From an uncultured Bifidobacteriaceae bacterium (GTDB lineage: Bacteria > Acidobacteriota > Vicinamibacteria > Vicinamibacterales > UBA2999), in the NCBI GenBank assembly GCA_964543955.1, contig CAZJBN010000003.1, positions 18,391 to 82,390 of the forward strand: a DNA stretch of 64,000 bases, in the 5' to 3' direction. How positions within the stretch are numbered: the first letter of the stretch is position 1; the number at the start of each line of letters is the position of its first letter. Below, one piece after another: positions 1-8,441 of this stretch. A program made the position numbers and the translations under genes. The notes below the pieces were generated by a model, which had not been told where the DNA came from, did not search any database, and saw only the letters and a list, made by a program, of their open reading frames with translations.

Positions 1-1070
1 GGCTCGCGCACCCGTGGAGCCTCGCGTTCCTCCCGGACGGCGACATGCTGGTCACCGAGCGCACCGGCCGGCTGCTCCGCATCCGCCACGGCTCGCGCGA
101 GATCGTCGACGTGGCCGGCGTTCCTCCCGTGCACGCGCGACTCCACGGCGGGCTCCTCGACATCGCCCTGCATCCGTCATTCGAGGAGAATCGAATGATC
201 TACTTCGTCTACAGCAGCACCGGCGAGGGCGGCGCGACCGTGTCGCTCGCCCGTGCGCACTTCGAGGCCGACACGCTCGAGAACGTCGAGGACATCTTCG
301 TCGCTGACGCCTGGAGCACCACCGACCTGCACTACGGTTCCCGCATCGCGTTCGGACTCGATGGCACGCTGTTCATGTCGATTGGCGAACGGACCGAACG
401 CCAGCGGGCGCAGGATCTCCGGGATCATGCAGGCACGATCGTGCGGATTCGTGACGATGGCAGCGTGCCCGAGGACAACCCGTTCGTCGGACACGAGGAC
501 TCACGGCCCGAGATCTACTCCTACGGCCACCGCAACGTGCAGGGGCTCGCGGTTCACCCCGAGACCGGCGAGCTCTGGGCGAGCGAGCACGGTCCACAGG
601 GAGGCGACGAGGTCAATGTCGTGCGGGCGGGGAAGAACTACGGCTGGCCGCTCGCCACGCTCGGGCGCGACTACACGGGCGAAGCCATCGCGCCGTTCTG
701 CCATGCCGGCACCGAGCAGCCGGAGGTCTTCTGGACGCCATCGATCGGCCTCTCGAGCCTCATGTTCTACCGCGGTGAGCGTTTTGCGGGCTGGACGGGG
801 GATCTGTTCGTGTCCGGCCTGTCGGGCCGCCAGGTGCAGCGCGTGCTGATCACCGACGTGGGCGTCTACGGGCGTGAAGTACTCTTCGCGGAGCTGGCCA
901 AGCGCATTCGGGACCTGAGGGAGGGCCCCGACAGCCTGCTGTATGTGGTGACGGACGAGGCAGACGGCGAGGTGCTCCGGATCGAGCCTGACGATCCGCC
1001 CACCTCGGTCGACACCGGCGCGCACAAGCGGTCGGCATGGGTGCAGTGGCTGCGCGCCCGTCGGCTGTAG
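1..1070 (+). CDS. PQQ-dependent sugar dehydrogenase (soluble glucose/sorbosone dehydrogenase family); 5' end lies outside the window
   Basis: The frame is open from the window edge (LAHPWSLAFLPDGDMLVTERTGRL). Motifs HYGSRIAFGLDGTLFMSIGER, YSYGHRNVQGLAVHP, GPQGGDEVN and KNYGWP are typical of GSDH beta-propellers. Stop at 1068-1070. Confidence 0.85.
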   Translation, partial: LAHPWSLAFLPDGDMLVTERTGRLLRIRHGSREIVDVAGVPPVHARLHGGLLDIALHPSFEENRMIYFVYSSTGEGGATVSLARAHFEADTLENVEDIFVADAWSTTDLHYGSRIAFGLDGTLFMSIGERTERQRAQDLRDHAGTIVRIRDDGSVPEDNPFVGHEDSRPEIYSYGHRNVQGLAVHPETGELWASEHGPQGGDEVNVVRAGKNYGWPLATLGRDYTGEAIAPFCHAGTEQPEVFWTPSIGLSSLMFYRGERFAGWTGDLFVSGLSGRQVQRVLITDVGVYGREVLFAELAKRIRDLREGPDSLLYVVTDEADGEVLRIEPDDPPTSVDTGAHKRSAWVQWLRARRL

Positions 1071-1124
1071 CCTCCGGCGCGTGGCGTCGGGGTCGACGTA
1101 GCGCCCGTGCTATACTTCGAGTCA

Positions 1125-1173
1125 GACCAAGCGACGCGCGCGGACTGATGCCGGCGCCACCGCTTGGTCTTTT
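1125..1173 (+). terminator. Hairpin plus T-run: terminator of the upstream dehydrogenase gene, or an attenuator in the nadA leader
   Basis: Perfect 9-bp inverted repeat GACCAAGCG (1125-1133) / CGCTTGGTC (1161-1169) with a GC-rich interior, followed directly by TTTT (1170-1173). It lies 55 nt after the upstream stop and 67 nt before the nadA ATG. Confidence 0.5.
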
Positions 1174-1239
1174 CGTGTCCGGAGATTGCGAAAACTTTCA
1201 CAATCTCGCAAGCCGGCGCGGCGACGAGGGACGAAGACG

Positions 1240-2385
1240 ATGACGACAGGCACCTTTCTGCCGGTCCTCAACGAGGTCGAGAAGGCGAGCATCGGCGAGC
1301 GTCAGCCCCTGCCGGATGCGTACCTGGGGTTGTCCGACGCGGAGATGGCCGGGCGGATTGCCATCGCGCGTGCCGATCTCGGCTCCAGGCTCGTGATCCT
1401 CGGGCATCATTACCAGCGCGACGAGGTCATCCGCTTCGCCGACTACACCGGCGACTCGTTCAAGCTGGCGCGCGAAGTCGCGAAGCACCCGACCGCGGAG
1501 TTCATCGTGTTCTGCGGCGTGCACTTCATGGCCGAGAGTGCCGACATCCTGGCGCTTCCGCACCAGCGGGTGATTCTCCCGGACCTTGCCGCGGGTTGTT
1601 CCATGGCCGACATGGTGGCGCCCGATCAGCTGGAGACCTGCTGGGCGGAGCTCGAGGAGCTCGGGCTCGCCGTGGACGTCGTGCCGGTCACCTACATCAA
1701 CTCCGCTGCGACGATCAAATCGTTTGTCGGCGAGCGCGACGGTACGATCTGCACCTCGTCCAATGCGGCTGCGACGCTTCGCTGGGCCTGGCAGCAGCGG
1801 CAGAAGATCCTGTTCCTGCCCGACCAGCACCTGGGCCGCAACACCGCCTGGGCCATGGGCGTGCCGCTCGACGAGATGGTCGTCTGGGACCCGTTCGAAC
1901 CGTTCGGCGGCCTCACGAGGGATGAGCTCGATCGGGCCCGGTTGATCCTGTGGAAGGGCCATTGCTCGGTGCACGTGCGCTTCACCACGAGGCAGATCGA
2001 AGCGGTGCGCGCCGAACACCCGGATGTCCGCGTGATCGTGCACCCGGAAGTGCCATTCGACGTGCTTCGAAGCGCGGATGATTTCGGGTCCACCGAGTAC
2101 ATTCTCAGGACCGTGCGCGACGCACCGGCCGGCACCACCTGGGCTGTCGGCACGGAGGTGCACCTCGTCCATCGGCTGGCGGAAGAGGTGGCGCCGGAGA
2201 AGACCGTCCTCTCGCTCGATCAGATGGGCTGCCTCTGCTCGACCATGTTCCGCGTGTCGCCGAATCACCTGCTCTGGGTGCTCGAGGGGCTCGTCGACGG
2301 CGACGTGCACAACGAGATCGTAGTGCCTGAGAGGCAACAGAAGTTTGCTAAGCTGGCTCTCAATCGGATGTTGACGATTCAGTGA
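1240..2385 (+). CDS. nadA: Quinolinate synthase NadA
   Basis: Motifs [39 protein letters not shown] and VIVHPEVP. The ATG at 1240 is preceded by GAGGGACGAAGACG. The in-frame upstream start at 1186 adds a basic non-homologous tail and is less likely. Confidence 0.93.
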   Translation: MTTGTFLPVLNEVEKASIGERQPLPDAYLGLSDAEMAGRIAIARADLGSRLVILGHHYQRDEVIRFADYTGDSFKLAREVAKHPTAEFIVFCGVHFMAESADILALPHQRVILPDLAAGCSMADMVAPDQLETCWAELEELGLAVDVVPVTYINSAATIKSFVGERDGTICTSSNAAATLRWAWQQRQKILFLPDQHLGRNTAWAMGVPLDEMVVWDPFEPFGGLTRDELDRARLILWKGHCSVHVRFTTRQIEAVRAEHPDVRVIVHPEVPFDVLRSADDFGSTEYILRTVRDAPAGTTWAVGTEVHLVHRLAEEVAPEKTVLSLDQMGCLCSTMFRVSPNHLLWVLEGLVDGDVHNEIVVPERQQKFAKLALNRMLTIQ

Positions 2386-2422
2386 GGCGCCGCCGAGGGG
2401 CGGCCCGACAGGAGACGATTTC

Positions 2423-3025
2423 ATGGCCCATTCATTGCCCGCGCTGCCGTACGACTTCGCGGCGCTCGAACCGCACATCGACGCCCAGACGATGCAGATC
2501 CATCACGGCAAGCATCACCAGGCGTACGTCACCAACCTGAACGCCGCCCTCGACAAGCACCCGGAGCTCCACGACAAGAGTCTCGACGATCTCGTCAAGG
2601 GCATTGCGAGCGTGCCCGAGGACATCCGCGCTGCCGTCAGGAACAACGGCGGCGGACACTGGAACCACTCGCTGTTCTGGACGGTCATGGCCCCGGGCGC
2701 CGGTGGCGCACCCTCCGGCGCGGTTGCCGACGGCATCACGAGCGCGTTCGGCAGCTTCGACAAGTTCAAGGAGCAGTTCCAGGCGGCCGGCATGGGCCGT
2801 TTCGGCAGCGGCTGGGCGTGGCTCGTCGACAACGGCGGCAAGCTCGAGATCGTCAGCACGCCGAACCAGGATAATCCGCTCATGGACGGCAAGAAGGCCA
2901 TCCTCGGTGTGGACGTGTGGGAACACGCGTACTATCTGAAGTACCAGAACCGGCGGGCGGACTATCTCGGCGCCTGGTGGAACGTCGTCAACTGGAACGA
3001 GGTCAACCGGCTGCTGAAGGGGTAG
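2423..3025 (+). CDS. sodA: Fe/Mn-family superoxide dismutase, Mn-type by motif
   Basis: N-terminus [35 protein letters not shown], plus [22 protein letters not shown] and [15 protein letters not shown]. The GGGH and NQD pattern is the Mn-SOD signature. Confidence 0.95.
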   Translation: MAHSLPALPYDFAALEPHIDAQTMQIHHGKHHQAYVTNLNAALDKHPELHDKSLDDLVKGIASVPEDIRAAVRNNGGGHWNHSLFWTVMAPGAGGAPSGAVADGITSAFGSFDKFKEQFQAAGMGRFGSGWAWLVDNGGKLEIVSTPNQDNPLMDGKKAILGVDVWEHAYYLKYQNRRADYLGAWWNVVNWNEVNRLLKG

Positions 3026-3035
3026 CGTCCCCCTC

Positions 3036-3482
3036 GTGGAATCCCGGCTCGTCATCCTGGTGGGCGTCGCGTTCGGCTTGCTGATGGGGGTTGGCGGCTA
3101 CACCTTCATCTACGCGCGCGGCGCCTCATATCTGACCGACGATCCCGCAGCGTGTGCCAACTGCCACATCATGCAGGAGCAGTACGATGGCTTTCGGCGA
3201 TCCAGCCATCGTCAGGTGGCGACCTGCAACGACTGCCACACTCCGCACAATCTCGTGGGCAAGTACGCGACGAAAGCCTCGAACGGCTTCTGGCATTCGT
3301 TCTATTTCACGTTCGGCGGCCACGCCGATCCGATTCAGATCAACGAGCGGAATCGTCGTATCACGGAGGGCGCCTGCCGCACCTGTCACGGGCCCGTCGT
3401 GCAGGCGATCGATGCGCATCCGCGGATCCGCGGAGAGATCAGCTGCATCAGTTGTCACAGGAACGTGGGGCACTTGCACTGA
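3036..3482 (+). CDS. nrfH: Tetrahaem cytochrome c NrfH (NapC/NirT family), quinol-oxidising subunit of nitrite reductase
   Basis: One N-terminal TM helix followed by four CXXCH motifs (CANCH, CNDCH, CRTCH, CISCH). GTG start. Immediately upstream of nrfA. Confidence 0.9.
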   Translation: MESRLVILVGVAFGLLMGVGGYTFIYARGASYLTDDPAACANCHIMQEQYDGFRRSSHRQVATCNDCHTPHNLVGKYATKASNGFWHSFYFTFGGHADPIQINERNRRITEGACRTCHGPVVQAIDAHPRIRGEISCISCHRNVGHLH

Positions 3483-3488
3483 TGGTTG

Positions 3489-3558
3489 CCGGGAGCCGGG
3501 AGCCGGGAACCGGAAGTCGGGAACCAGGAGCCGCGGCCGGGAGTTGGAAGCCGGGAGC
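3489..3558 (+). repeat. Degenerate tandem heptamer repeat (GCCGGGA-like, about 10 units) in the nrfH-nrfA spacer
   Basis: Read directly: GCCGGGA x3, then ACCGGAA, GTCGGGA, ACCAGGA, GCCGCGG, CCGGGAG, TTGGAAG, CCGGGAG. The run is purine-rich and resembles a string of Shine-Dalgarno-like GGGAG/GGAAG/AGGAG elements. Confidence 0.7.
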
Positions 3559-3614
3559 GCAGGGGGCGGAGGGCCGCACGGCGGGTACGTCGGTGAGACA
3601 GTGAGGAGCTGACC

Positions 3615-4997
3615 GTGAGCGAACCACGATCGACCACTCGGCTGCTGGTGTACACGGCCATTGCGGCGGCCCTCGCGGCCGCGGCGGTCATGGGGCTCTT
3701 CGTGTCCATCGTGGAGCGCAGGCAGGAGGCCCAAAGCCAGTTCTTCAGGGTCGTCGAGATCGACGACACCATCGACGATCCGTCGGTGTGGGGCAAGAAC
3801 TTCCCGCTTCAGTACGACGCGTACCGGCGCACCGTGGACCAGCAGCGCACGCGCTACGGCGGAAGCGAGGCCATCCCGCGCACGCCGACCGACGTCGATC
3901 CGCGGTCGATCGTCGCCCAGTCGCGGTTGGAGGAAGACCCGCGTCTCCGGACGATGTGGGCCGGCTATGCGTTCGCCACCGATTTTCGCGAGGAGCGCGG
4001 CCATGCCTACATGCTCGAGGACCAGACCTTCACCGAGCGCCAGCAGGTGACGGCGCAGCCGGGGACGTGCATGCACTGCCACGCCTCGGTCTATCTGCCC
4101 TACAGGCGGCTCGGAGGCGGCGACCTCATCAAGGGCTTCGAGGCGATGAACCAGATGTCCTACCAGGAGGCGCGTAAGGAGGTCGAACATCCGGTGGCGT
4201 GCATCGACTGCCACGACCCCGCGACGATGCAGCTGCGCGTGACGCGGCCCGGCTTCCTCGAAGGCATTCGCACGCTCAAGGCCGCCCAGGGGATTGCTGA
4301 CTACGACGTGAATGCGCAGGCCACGCGCCAGGAGATGCGGGCGTTCGTCTGCGGCCAGTGCCACGTCGAGTACTACTTCAAGGGGCCGGAGAAGCGCCTC
4401 ACCTATCCCTGGAGCCGTGGCCTGAAGGCGGACGAGATTCTCGCGTCCTACCAGGAGAACGGCTTCACCGACTGGACCCACGCCCAGACGGGCGCTCCGG
4501 TACTCAAGGCCCAGCATCCCGAGTTCGAGATGTGGAACCAGGGGATGCATGCGCGTTCCGGCGTCACGTGCCCCGACTGCCACATGCCCTTCGAGCGCGT
4601 GGGCGCCATGAAGATCAGCGACCACCACGTGCGGAGCCCCGTGCTCAACATCAACCGCGCATGCCAGACGTGCCACCGCTGGTCCGAGGAGGAGCTGCGC
4701 ACGCGTGTGCACACCATCCAGGATCGCACCTACCAGGTGCGTGGCATCGCCATGGACGCGCTCGTCGCGTTCATCGGCAACCTGAAGGCCGCGCGCGACG
4801 CGGGCGTGCCCGACCAGCAGCTGGCGGCTGCGCGCGACGAGCAGCGCCAGGCACAGTTCCTGCTGGACTTCATCGAGGCAGAGAACTCGATGGGCTTCCA
4901 CGCGCCGCAGGAAGCCATGCGTATTCTCGCGCTCTCGCTCGACCACACGCGCAGGGGCGAAATCGCGTTGGCAGAAGTCCTCAAGAGCAGGCCATAG
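3615..4997 (+). CDS. nrfA: Pentahaem cytochrome c nitrite reductase NrfA (ammonia-forming)
   Basis: N-terminal anchor followed by five haem motifs: CMHCH, CIDCH, CGQCH(VEYYF), CPDCH, CQTCH. GTG start 6 nt after GAGGAG. The first haem motif is CXXCH rather than the classical CXXCK. Confidence 0.92.
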   Translation: MSEPRSTTRLLVYTAIAAALAAAAVMGLFVSIVERRQEAQSQFFRVVEIDDTIDDPSVWGKNFPLQYDAYRRTVDQQRTRYGGSEAIPRTPTDVDPRSIVAQSRLEEDPRLRTMWAGYAFATDFREERGHAYMLEDQTFTERQQVTAQPGTCMHCHASVYLPYRRLGGGDLIKGFEAMNQMSYQEARKEVEHPVACIDCHDPATMQLRVTRPGFLEGIRTLKAAQGIADYDVNAQATRQEMRAFVCGQCHVEYYFKGPEKRLTYPWSRGLKADEILASYQENGFTDWTHAQTGAPVLKAQHPEFEMWNQGMHARSGVTCPDCHMPFERVGAMKISDHHVRSPVLNINRACQTCHRWSEEELRTRVHTIQDRTYQVRGIAMDALVAFIGNLKAARDAGVPDQQLAAARDEQRQAQFLLDFIEAENSMGFHAPQEAMRILALSLDHTRRGEIALAEVLKSRP

Positions 4998-4998
4998 G

Positions 4999-6510
4999 TT
5001 GAGGCAGAGCCTGCCCGGGCAGACGCGAGCCCTCCTGATGGGGCTCGCGCTGGTCGCGTGTGTGCCACACGGGTTATCTGCCCAGGTTCCCGGCACCGCG
5101 GAGCCCCGGCTCGAGACGACGGCCACGCTCGAGAACCTGACGCGTGTCGAAACCTGGCGATTCTTCGAGCCGCCCGAACCCGACGCCAATCCCGACTACA
5201 GCTTCATCGGCAACCGCGCCTATCTCGGAATCGGCGTCAGGTCGTCCCGATTCGACCTGTCGGGCGGATTCGCCTACACGAGCCTCGGGCCGCTCCCGGC
5301 CAATGCATTCGGCGGTGGCGGCCCGATGGGCACGGGCGCCCTCTACCGCGCGGCGGCCGGTGCCAAGACGAGCTATCAGCTCTATCTGAGCGATCTCAAC
5401 CTGTCGCTGCACGACGCCGATCGACGGACTCGCGCCGACTTCGGTCGCATGCCACACACCTCCGGCGCCGAAGGGGACCGCACACCTGTCGATGCGACCG
5501 AACGGGACCTCACGAGCCTGCGGCGATTCCGGCTGGACGCACGTCTCATCGGCGGCTTCGACTGGTCGTTCTATCGACGGCGGTTCGACGGTGTTCGCCT
5601 GACGGGCGATCGACCCGGCTGGTACGCCGCTGCGGCGCTCGTCGCGCCGACGCAGGGCGGATTCGAGGAGTCCGCCAATCTGACGATGGGGAGGCTGCAG
5701 GTCGCCTCGGGCGTGGCCGGGTGGCGGCATCGATGGGGACCGGCGACGGTCGGGCGTGGTGAGACGCAGATCTTCGCCCATCTCTACCGCGATCGCCGCG
5801 CCGTCACTGGCCGGCCGGATCTGAGCGGCCTGCCCGCGACCGGTGTCGATGTGACCGTGTCGGTCGTCGGCGCATCGCATCTCGGCGTCAAGACCCTGGG
5901 CTCGCGCCGCGCCGACTGGCTGGTCTGGGGCGCCGTGCAGGGCGGCGACTGGTACGGCGATCGCCATCGGGCATGGAGCATCGCTGTCGAGGGCGGCCAC
6001 CAGTGGCAACAGGCGCCAGCGCGGCCCTGGATCCGCGCCGGCCTGTCGCATTCGACCGGAGACGACGATCCGTCGGACGATCGTCACGGCACCTTCTTTC
6101 CCATGCTTCCGACGATGCGCGTCTATGCCCAGTCGGTGGTCTACGCGCAGATGAACCTCCGGGACCTGTTCGTCCAGGCACGGCTCGAACCGCACCGCCG
6201 CGCACGGGCGCGGGTAGACCTCCACCGCCTCGACCTCGCGAACCGCGCCGACGGCTGGTATCAGGGCAGCGGTGCCAACGCCCTCGACGGGCGCTCGTTC
6301 GGCTATGCCGTACGACCCTCGAGAGGCGCCACCTCGCTCGGCACGATCCTCGAAGGCTCCATCGACATGCCCATCGAGCCGTGGTGGTCCGTCAACGCCT
6401 ACGCGGGATATATGTGGGGCGGTGACGTGGTCCGGAGGCAGTTCGTCGGCGACCGCCTGACGTTCTGGTACGTGGAGAACGTGCTCCGGCTGGTAGCGGC
6501 GACCCGCTGA
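4999..6510 (+). CDS. Outer-membrane beta-barrel protein, alginate-export (AlgE-like) family resemblance
   Basis: Signal peptide (ALLMGLALVACVPHGLSAQ). Alternating beta-strand-like sequence, and a GLSHSTGDDDPSDDRHGTFFPMLPT segment that resembles alginate-export porins. The TTG start at 4999 is 1 nt after the nrfA stop; an alternative ATG is at 5038. Confidence 0.55.
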   Translation: MRQSLPGQTRALLMGLALVACVPHGLSAQVPGTAEPRLETTATLENLTRVETWRFFEPPEPDANPDYSFIGNRAYLGIGVRSSRFDLSGGFAYTSLGPLPANAFGGGGPMGTGALYRAAAGAKTSYQLYLSDLNLSLHDADRRTRADFGRMPHTSGAEGDRTPVDATERDLTSLRRFRLDARLIGGFDWSFYRRRFDGVRLTGDRPGWYAAAALVAPTQGGFEESANLTMGRLQVASGVAGWRHRWGPATVGRGETQIFAHLYRDRRAVTGRPDLSGLPATGVDVTVSVVGASHLGVKTLGSRRADWLVWGAVQGGDWYGDRHRAWSIAVEGGHQWQQAPARPWIRAGLSHSTGDDDPSDDRHGTFFPMLPTMRVYAQSVVYAQMNLRDLFVQARLEPHRRARARVDLHRLDLANRADGWYQGSGANALDGRSFGYAVRPSRGATSLGTILEGSIDMPIEPWWSVNAYAGYMWGGDVVRRQFVGDRLTFWYVENVLRLVAATR

Positions 6511-6549
6511 GCCGGTGCGAGTCGAAGATGGCTGGCCTGCCTGCCGAGC

Positions 6550-7761
6550 TCAAAACAAGGTCACCGTCACGAACTCGCCCTCTGCCACGCTCGTCACCTC
6601 GGACCGAATCTCGATGTAGCCGTCCGCGCGCGACATCGACGTGATGTCGCCGGACGCCTTGAAGGCAGGCACGGCTCGTCCTGCCTCGACGCGGACGGTG
6701 TAGAACTGGTGCCGGCCCGCCACCGAGGAGACACGCGACGCCAGCGGCAGCACGACCGTCCGCGGAGCGGTCGCCGGGAGGCGTGCCATGCGCCGAAGCG
6801 CCGGCACCATGAGGATGTACGCATTCGACAGGCACGATGTCGGGTAGCCGGGCATCCCGAACACCGGCCGGCCTTCGACGAGGCCAAAGAGCGTGGGCTT
6901 GCCTGGCTTGACCGCGACGCCGTGGAACCGCACCTCGCCGCGTGCCCGGACGACGTCCAGGATGAGATCGCGTTCGCCAACCGAGCTTCCCCCGGAGAAT
7001 ACGATCAGATCGTGGCGCAGGCACGCATCGAGCGCCGCGTCGATTGCCTCGATGGTGTCGCGCGCGGTCGAGACTGGCGCCGGCACGCCGCCATGTTCGC
7101 CCACGACGGTCGAGAGCGTGAAGCGGTTGATGTCGTAGATCTGCCCGGGTGCGAGCGGCCGGCCCTGCCTCGCGATCTCGTTCCCCGTGGACAGAATCGC
7201 GACGCTCGGACGTGCCCATACCTCCACGTCCACGTGGCCGAGCGCCGCCAGCGCACCGATCCGGCTGGGGTTGAGCACGCTGTCGGCCTCGAGCACGATC
7301 TGCCCGGCCGTGATGTCCGCGCCCCTCGGTCCCACGTTCTGCCGCGGCGACACGGCCGCATGAATGGACACGCGGTCACCGTCGAGCGTGGTGTCTTCCA
7401 CCATCACCACGGCATCGGCGCCCTCCGGCATGGGCGCGCCCGTTGCGATCTCCACAGCGCGGCCAGGGCCGACGGCCACATCGGGCATGTCCCCCGTGTA
7501 GACGCGCCCTGCCAGGGCAAGCGTCCGCGCGTGCGAACGGCTGGCACCAGCCGTGTCGGACGCCACTACGGCATACCCGTCCATGCTGGCGCGATCGAAG
7601 GGGGGCACGTCGAGTGCGGCGACGACATCCCGTGCGACGACCCGGCCCGTAGCGTCGAGCAGCCCGCAGCGTTCTCGTCGTTCGATGGGCGTGACACCCG
7701 CCTGGATGATCGTGTGCGCTTCCGCGATCGAGATCGTGCTGGTGAACGGGCGCATGGTCAT
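6550..7761 (-). CDS. moeA: Molybdopterin molybdotransferase MoeA
   Basis: Motifs SMDGYAV, EIATGAPMPEGADAVV, STGNEI, FSGGSSVGERD and VAVKPGKPT. The start ATG at 7761 overlaps the moaB stop (ATGA). The upstream ORF extension to 7884 is Pro/Arg-rich and judged spurious. Confidence 0.9.
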   Translation of the reverse strand: MTMRPFTSTISIAEAHTIIQAGVTPIERRERCGLLDATGRVVARDVVAALDVPPFDRASMDGYAVVASDTAGASRSHARTLALAGRVYTGDMPDVAVGPGRAVEIATGAPMPEGADAVVMVEDTTLDGDRVSIHAAVSPRQNVGPRGADITAGQIVLEADSVLNPSRIGALAALGHVDVEVWARPSVAILSTGNEIARQGRPLAPGQIYDINRFTLSTVVGEHGGVPAPVSTARDTIEAIDAALDACLRHDLIVFSGGSSVGERDLILDVVRARGEVRFHGVAVKPGKPTLFGLVEGRPVFGMPGYPTSCLSNAYILMVPALRRMARLPATAPRTVVLPLASRVSSVAGRHQFYTVRVEAGRAVPAFKASGDITSMSRADGYIEIRSEVTSVAEGEFVTVTLF

Positions 7762-8261
7762 CGTCTCGTCTCGGAGACCAGGTGCCGCAGCTCGGGGATG
7801 AGGAGGCGGGTGAGCGCGAGGCGGACGGCGTTCTCCGATCCCGGAACGGCCACCACGATCTTGCCGCGGCAGGTGCCTGCGCACGCGCGGCTGAGCATGG
7901 CGGCGGGGCCGATCTCCTGGAAGCTGAGCATGCGGAACAGCTCGCCAAATCCAGGCAGGCGCTTCTCGAGGATCCCGTCGATGGCCTCGAATGTGCTGTC
8001 ACGACGCGTGATGCCCGTGCCGCCCGTCGTCAGGACGACGTCGACACGGTCGGAGGCGGCCTGCAGCTTGACGAGCGCCGCCACGTCGGACGGCTCGTCC
8101 TTGACGATGCGTCTGCCGGCAATGGTGTGGCCGGCGGCGATCAGCAGGTCCACGACCGCGCGGCCCCCGGTGTCGGTCTCCTCCGTCCTCGTGTCGCTGA
8201 CGGTGATCACGTAGCAGCGGATGCTGTCCGGCGCGTGCTGGCGATGGGTCACGTCCGTCAT
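7758..8261 (-). CDS. moaB: Molybdenum cofactor biosynthesis protein MoaB/Mog family
   Basis: Motifs VITVSDTR, DVVLTTGGTGITRRD and VAVPGSENAV. It overlaps moeA by 4 nt, so the two form an operon. Confidence 0.88.
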   Translation of the reverse strand: MTDVTHRQHAPDSIRCYVITVSDTRTEETDTGGRAVVDLLIAAGHTIAGRRIVKDEPSDVAALVKLQAASDRVDVVLTTGGTGITRRDSTFEAIDGILEKRLPGFGELFRMLSFQEIGPAAMLSRACAGTCRGKIVVAVPGSENAVRLALTRLLIPELRHLVSETRR

Positions 8262-8292
8262 CGTCTGTAGATTATGTCGCGGCCGGGCAGGA

Positions 8293-8427
8293 GCCTTGAC
8301 GGCTTCGAGTGTCGACCAGATGAGCCAAGTGTCTCCGTCAAGGCGACGCCCCGCTGGAGGCGGGGTAAGAACAGAAGAGGCTAGCGAGGCCGGGCATGCT
8401 CCATTGTCTGAGGCAGAGCCTCGCTAG
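8293..8427. other. Three consecutive stable hairpins in the moaB / GH3 divergent intergenic region (candidate structured RNA or regulatory element)
   Basis: Stem 1: GCCTTGACGG (8293-8302) / CCGTCAAGGC (8335-8344). Stem 2: CCCCGC (8349-8354) / GCGGGG (8360-8365). Stem 3: CTAGCGAGGC (8381-8390) / GCCTCGCTAG (8418-8427). I cannot assign a family by eye. Confidence 0.4.
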
Positions 8428-8441
8428 GCTACCATAGCGCC

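Noticed and set aside
3152-3612. ORFs 3152-3604 and 3154-3612, which run across the heptamer array, considered as coding.
   Set aside because: They overlap nrfH in other frames and translate the repeat into low-complexity REPGAG-type sequence. There is no RBS.
3126-5189. A 687-aa minus-strand ORF antisense to nrfH/nrfA.
   Set aside because: The plus strand encodes nine in-register CXXCH haem motifs, and the antisense product has no recognisable features.
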